From assembly GCA_012295275.1 (NCBI GenBank), contig CM022679.1, positions 13,888,001 to 13,952,000 of the forward strand: a DNA stretch of 64,000 bases, written 5' to 3'. Position 1 is the first letter of the stretch, and every line of letters begins with the position of its first letter. The position numbers were made by a program, and so were the translations under genes. Source of the stretch: Chrysomallon squamiferum (Eukaryota; Animalia; Mollusca). Below are positions 56,890-64,000 of the stretch, one piece after another. The notes under the pieces are model-generated. The model was not told the DNA's origin and made no database searches. It saw only the letters and a list, made by a program, of their open reading frames with translations.

Positions 56890-59800
56890 ATAAATGTTTC
56901 TGGTTAACCACACTGCCTTCAAGATTATTCAAGAATACTACGTTTTATTTCTTCTTTAATTAAGTTTAAAATATTATGTAATAAACTTAATAAGGGATAT
57001 ATTGTTTTATCATACTTGATTTATTTAATGTCTTGAAAATACTAATAATAACATAATAATTTGTTTTTAAGGTCAGTTATTTGTTGTTTTGGATAAAATA
57101 ATAAATAAAGTGGTTTTAGTACCCATACTGTTTCTAAAAACAAAAATAAAGCAATGAATTATTTATAACGTACATATAAGATTTTTTATTGTTATTTTAA
57201 ACACTTTGGAAAGAATACTTGAAACAATTTTTTATAAAATATTTAATTTAATTGTATTAAACATGGATATGAGGCTGGCCAAGATGTAATTATTATTTTA
57301 GATAATGAAGGGAGAAATTGCTTTTAAGGTACTTATAATCATTTTAACACTATCATTTCTTGAAGAATGTGTAAAATCCATTTTAAAAATATTTAAATGC
57401 ATTCAAAGGAAGATGTAAGTTATAATGAACCTATTATTTTGAATTAAAATAAATGAAGTGTTTTGTTTTTCTAAGATACTCTTCAAGTTGTTTGTTAATC
57501 TGAACACACTATTTGTTCTGGAAACAATCCATACAATATATTTAAAACTGACTGACTGGGTTTGAAGATCAATATGGCAACACACTGACACAGTGTACAC
57601 ACTTACACAACATATCTCCTTTTAAGAAATGAACTCATGTGATAGAAATAAAGAATTACTTTGTACAGTCTTTTAAGTTCTTTATTTCTAACAACTCATG
57701 AATAAAACAATGCCATTAGAGTATTAAATAATATCACACTCTGATAATGTGTCTGCTCCTTAATCTAACTTCTACAAAATTATGCAGTACTGTATTCTAA
57801 ATAAGATTTATTTTTCTTTTAGTATTTTACAAATTGAATACAAGATTTCAGTCAATTGGAGATAATTAAATAAACCTTTTTTTTTTTTTCTTCGTATTAT
57901 TGTCAATTATATATAAATATGTCTGTAAACAAACTGGCTGTCCTGGGTGATTAATGTTCAATAGTTGTTAACAAGCTAATTATCATTACTTATATCAGTA
58001 TCAAACATTTAGATATATGTCTTAAGCAGGACTTTCAACAAGGTTGGCTGCAATACTCATAATTAAGGTGGAGTTGATGTTCAGTGGTATTGAAGTACAG
58101 CTTTAGTTTACACATATTAAGAATATTATATATCAAATAATATACAGACATTTCAATTAATTGGCACTAATTAATCCAATTAATAATTTACTTTATTCAT
58201 CCCCAAATGCATTAATAACTTAACACAGAGATGGAAAGTTCAGGCACACAAAGCAGCTTGCTCATCCTCAGTTAGAGAATTTTCACTGATGTATGATGAA
58301 ACATAAGATCAAACCTCATTAGGTGCATATTTTGTGAAATTATGCAGCCGAAAGTTATATTATGAGACTAATCAGACAATCTCACACGCACACACAGACA
58401 GACACACACACATATACAAAAAAATATAAACATATCCATCATGTACGCTTGTGTAAATACATTCATATACAAACATGCAGAAGCATGATACATAATTTAT
58501 AATGACACATGAGACCTATGTAACTTAATTCTGTATAAAGACCATCTATCTTTACATGTCCCATTTACTCTTGGGTGAAATTTTCTATACATTTCTATTG
58601 TCAACATTTCAAAAATTAATGTCCAGGAAACAATTAATTTTTGTTCGGGAATGACTCTGCTTTTTATTGTGCAAAATGTGAATCAGTACAGCACACACTG
58701 ATGTTGTTAGGACTGTCTGACATTTCACTGTCACCGAGTTGTATTAATAAATGGTAGCACCCAGTGAGTTAGCTACACAGGTAAAAAGAAGGGCCATGCT
58801 GGTTGGTTACAGCTTAAAAAAAAAAAAAAAAAACAAGACAAGGCCAAGGTAACAAAATTTTTTAAAAAAGTGGAAGACGAAAAAAGATAGGACTGTATCA
58901 GTTGTGCCCAAAAAAAAAAAAAAAATCATGATGATTTATGTTAAGCTACTAGAAGACAAGTTCTGATTATTACATCCACAAAAGAAAGGATATGTGAGTA
59001 GTGCTGATAAAAAACAGCTACAAAAACAAATTGAGGGTTCTCCCAAGTCCCCTTTTCAAAAGACACAACCATTAAGTAATACCAATAAAAGACAGGACCA
59101 TTTGGTCAACCCATGAATGACATGACCATTAAGTTACACCAGTATGAGTCAAGACCTGTGAATTAAATAATAATTTTAAAAAACACCAAAATATGTAAGT
59201 TACATAACAATGAATGATAGGACCATGTAGGTCACATAAAGAAAAAAAAAAAAAAAAAACCCCAGATCCACATGGGTCAACTTCTTGAAAGATGGGATCC
59301 TCCAGGTTACACAATAAAAGGTAGAGTACTATGAGTTACATAAACAAATGACAGGCATAAGAAAGAGTATTCTACAAATGTCACAAGAAAATTAGGGGAC
59401 CGTGTTACAAGAGTACAAAACAGGACCCTGTCAGATCAACACAAAACAAAATACTGCACAAAAAAAACCCTCAGTAACCAACACACAATGACATTTAAAG
59501 GTGAAATTGACATGTCTGTAAAAGGAACAATTAGAAAAGCAGATAATGGATATCGCACATAATTAAAGTGTACATAACTGCATGTTCAAAGTATTGCCTA
59601 TCGACCGTGGTCTTTTCATTCCCTCCCTGCTGTTTGTTTCCTGATTGATATTGTCTCCTGCTAGCACAGTTTAAGTTTTTGCGTCAATCTTTATAATAAT
59701 TATTTAATATTACTCTTTGTTAATTCCGTCACGCTTGCATCAGCTTTCCAGATATCTAATTCATGATGGCGGCAGTTATCTGATGTCTGATACATGATTT

Positions 59801-62347
59801 TAAGGTTGTGGTTTGTAGGTTAATATTCTTTGACTTAATTAATAAAATAATTTGTTCCTACGCAGGTTTCTGTTTTGTAATCAATAAAATAGCTTTTAGA
59901 TGACTATTATCCTTTAACAGTTAAAATTAATTTAATATGGCTTTAGAGACAATGATAATTTTGAAATAAATTATTTTATACATATTAGATCTACATTCTT
60001 ATCAGTAGTGGGATCATTTTTATCACCTGCTGACCCACCAAACACACAGCACACACTTATAGACAAACACACATAAAAAAGATTTATAAATTTACAGTTA
60101 CACAGACAAACATGAAATTACATATGTATGTCATTATTTTGAATTTGTCTATCTTACAAAGTCTTATTTTCATAAAGAAATTGAAATTATTGATAATCTT
60201 ACTAGTTAATTTAACAGCTTTCCAGATGTTGACTAAGTCTTTGCTATAGAGGTGTCCTTTGTAATGGGATTGTGGATGATACGGAATATCTCTGTAATAA
60301 AGTATTTATTACAAAAAGACCTCCTGTTCAAAGCATATTTTTAACTGGAATTTTAATACCTAACAAAAATTTAGAAAAATACGGATTATTAAAAAAATCA
60401 AGTAGTATTTTGAATGTTTTGATTTATTTTTATCAATTAATTATTTCTTTTTATTTTTTGTCAATTTTACCTTATTTATTTATTTATTTATTTTACCGCT
60501 AAAGATGTGTTATTCTAATATAATATTATTTTCTCAGTATAAAACAAGTGCCTGGACCGCTAGGTTTGCGGTGTATCGTATTAACATACTACCGGCTGAT
60601 TTCTAATTCTAATTTTTCCATATTATTTGCATGTCTGACTTGGCTGCAGCAGACGACAACCGATCTATTAATAGCCGCACAGAGAGGCCTCCAAGATACC
60701 AGCACTGCATTATCTGATGCTTAAATTATTTAGTCAACAAAGCCATCAGATCATTACGACACAATACAAATTATTGTGATGACTTATTAGCATTTTATAG
60801 CTCCATCTGGGGATTATGCGAGTAGTAAAAGAGAGTTGTCTCTCTTGGATTAAAGAATTTGTTTAGCACTATTGAAAATAGATGTATTCAGTTTTTTTAC
60901 TTTAGCTTTTGTGAAGGTTTCTTTTTCTTCTTCTAAAATTGTTGTTAAACACAAAAGCTGACTTGTTTAATTATTTATTATTTATTTATTTTATTTATTA
61001 TTTTTTTTTAAAGCCTCTGTAATTATGTTTTATTTATTTTTATTATTTTTTTAAGCAGTGACAGAAATAACATTTGAATGGTAAAACAGTAAATAGGCAG
61101 ACATTAAATAAATGTAAAAATATAAATAATAAATAAAAATGAAAAAAAAAAAAATTAGCTACAAAATGTAAATTTGAATTTGAAAAAAAAAAAAAAATCT
61201 GTTCAAAATTTAATATTTTAATTCTTCATTAATATTTTCACCAAAAAAAAAAAATAATAATAATAATAATAATAATGAAATTAAATTTTAAAAAAGTATC
61301 TCATGATAACTAATAGTGTCATCACCAACATGGTTTTATTTAATATTTTTTTTTTTAAACTAACATATCTAATCTGGTTTATTGTGTCACTAATGAAGTA
61401 TATCACTCTTTTAAAGAAGGAGTTATAAAGTTCAGAACTGCAGAATACTTAGCATGGTTACTTGCAGGAATATAATTAATGATAATGTTGATCTGTTTCT
61501 TCAAAGAAAAGATATCTTGTTGGACTTTGCTAAAAAACCATATATAAGACAAGAACATTTTTAACAATTAATTATGTTTAAAAATCTTCTCATTATTATT
61601 ATTATTAGTGGTAGCAATAGTTGTAGTAGTAGCAGTAGCGGTAGTAGTAGTAGTAGCAGTATGATTTTATTATTATTTTTATTATTTCTTTTATATTTAT
61701 TATTATTTATATAACATTAAGAAAACAAAAAATGAAGAAGATTAAAAATGGATCAGACCAGATTTTTTTCAGTATGGAAATTTCATTACTGAAGTTAGGA
61801 AAGTATCTAGATGGATGCAGATACAATCTCTCCTTCCTCTACTCTTTATTTTATTAAGTATTCTCAATAGCCAACAGTTTAACCAACAGACAGATATTGG
61901 ATTTCAGTTTGTGCTCTAAACATTATTTTTATTAAATTGTGAGCTCATTGCAATAGATATTGTGATGTCATTTCAAAGTCTGCTACCAGCCTAAACAAAG
62001 TATTTAGCTGTGATCATTGGATTCCCTTTATACAGTTATATACCAACAAATATGTCTTCTAGACTCAATGTCCATGGAAGATATGCTGCATTAATTTAAC
62101 ATAAACTATGAACCGTACTCTAACAATGTACTTAAAGATTTTTAAAAACTGAATCTCCAAAACTCTATATAAAAAAATTAAAGTTCATAAATAATTTGTT
62201 TTATAATTATGTCATAAAACCAGTGGTATATGCTGTGCTATGTAAGACTCTATATTAAAAATTATAATTTTAAAAATATTTTTTTTTTATGTCATAAAAC
62301 CTACTATCACTATACCAAAAATATTTAAAAGTAATTCATCTTATATT

Positions 62348-62394
62348 ATGCCCGCTATGAAAATGTATTCTAAAATCATTTTGGAGAAACACAG
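62348..62394 (+). CDS. Candidate alternative first coding exon (MPAMKMYSKIILEKH, phase 2)
   Basis: Three in-frame ATGs, open to CAG|GTAATA. Confidence 0.27.
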
Positions 62395-63046
62395 GTAATA
62401 AATGCTTTGCTACTTAGGATTATGAATGTTTCAGACTGTAGGTTTCTCTTACTGGATTCAAGCATCAAAGCGTTATATATTTTTATGACTGATACAAATG
62501 AATATCTGCTGTGTTTTGTAATAATTTGTCACTTTGCCAGACATTCAGTTGAGTCCATCAGCTGCTTTAAATACAACCCATAATTTTTTATTTTTTTATT
62601 TTTTTGAGCATGTTTATTAATTGAGACAGGTTTTTTGTTGGTCTTTTTTAATGATATCTTCTTTAATACTGAAACAGTCTGTTCATTTAGTTTTATTTCT
62701 TTTAAGGTCAGTTCGAACACATATGACTGGATTTTTGTGTAAAATGCTGGGAACATTTAATATAAATTATCAAGCACTTAAAATACTACATATATCATTA
62801 AACAACTTTTTTTTTCTCCATTATAATTTAATTGTTTCTGGCTTAGGGAAAGGGTAGAGTTTGGGAATATGTTTTAGATGAGAGGAGTATTATTTTTCAT
62901 TTTAATTCCATGCTACCTTTATCAATTTCATAATCACTCGATATCTTTGTTGTCCAAGATGAGATTATCCAAAGTTTTCCGTGTCTTGAATTTATCTTGG
63001 CAAACACCCTCTTAAAAACTGCTTGAGGCAGACTTAGGGAAAATGT

Positions 63047-63096
63047 ATGCAATTAAAACAAAGACCTGAAGTACAGAAAGACATTTCCACAAGATG
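63047..63096 (+). CDS. Candidate alternative first coding exon (MQLKQRPEVQKDISTR, phase 2)
   Basis: 50 nt open from ATG to TG|GTAGGG. Confidence 0.22.
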
Positions 63097-63929
63097 GTAG
63101 GGCAACACATATTTATGCCCCAGGGTGATGAAGTTCCTTCTGTTAATTGTGTTTTCCAAAATATCTGAATTATCTAATCTGACGAAAAAGTCAATTTTTC
63201 GCCTGAATTATCCACATGGCTGTCATGGGAAAATGGAATAGAGAAAGTTTGATACGTTCTCTGATGGATTGTCATCAATATTGAAAATTGAATCCTCAGA
63301 TATGAAAAAGTGTGATTGCTGGAGTCCTTATCAGTGTTTATTACCACTGATGTCTGGTGTTGTCCACATCGCAAATCATCACAAGTGTTTTGTTAAAGAC
63401 AGCATACTTGCAGATTGTTTTTTTTTTTTATATAATAAATATCATGCAGTTTTAGTATTTCATTAAAAGAAAGCATATAAGAAGAATTTTAGTATTTCGT
63501 TAAACATGCTGCTTACATTTTTTAAATTTTATTCTAAGTGTTTCATTATATCAGAATTTCAATGTTCATTTTTTAACCTTTTTTTAAACCTATTTTTTTA
63601 TTTTGATAAATTACTAGATGCATTTTAATTTTTAAACAATATTTCTGTTAAGTGACTATAAAGCTTTTAACAAGTTCAGTATTTAATTAAACATACACCA
63701 ATATTATTAATTAATTATTAACAAAAATTGATTCTATTAAATGCACCATGACATAAATTAAAAAAAAAGAAAAAAAACATTTTAGTAGTAAAGTTGGAGT
63801 CTTCTATTAAAAAACACTCAGAAAACTTAAATATTTTTATAAATAAGAAACAATCCACACATTTTGACTGATCTCCCTAAACATGTTGTCTTCATTTTTA
63901 ATTAAAGTTACATTTAAATGATGAATGTA

Positions 63930-64000
63930 GTGAGCAATAGCCTAGTGGTTAGAATACTCTTCTGAGACAAGTTAGCATCAATTCACCTTACTGCACCCAT
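63930..64000 (+). mobile_element. 5' head of a tRNA-derived SINE, cut by the window end
   Basis: A box TAGCCTAGTGG, then TTAGAATACT..ATCAATTC..TGCACCCAT, paralleling the 47612 copy. Confidence 0.55.

Noticed and set aside
58850-59560. A-rich, moderately complex stretch resembling a decayed retroelement or exon
   Set aside because: All frames are interrupted and no reverse-transcriptase or other motif was recognised.

Overview
Strongly AT-rich, intron-rich animal genomic DNA. tRNA-headed Meta-type SINEs suggest a mollusc, probably a gastropod (inference). Four spliced genes were reconstructed by hand with frame-consistent GT-AG exon chains: the last 8 exons of SGPL1 (+, 1-4345), complete RPS14/uS11 (-, 150 aa, TCT/5'TOP start), complete 22-exon ZSWIM8 (+, 1852 aa; ubiquitin-ligase receptor for target-directed miRNA degradation) and a longin R-SNARE of the VAMP7/VAMP7-like group (-, 236 aa). 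Repeats include a Tigger fossil, a hAT-like MITE, SINEs, an unclassified repeat that brackets RPS14 in inverted orientation, and mini/microsatellites. 45-64 kb has no recognisable protein domain. Best leads, all by-eye hypotheses: (1) a sense-strand RNA fold in RPS14 intron 1 that buries an alternative splice acceptor, with competing long-range pairings; (2) a miR-8 seed plus 3'-pairing site in ZSWIM8's own putative 3' UTR; (3) several short ATG-initiated, phase-2 candidate alternative first exons in 45-64 kb; (4) a 38-bp non-coding element present twice. No prokaryotic features or CRISPR arrays.
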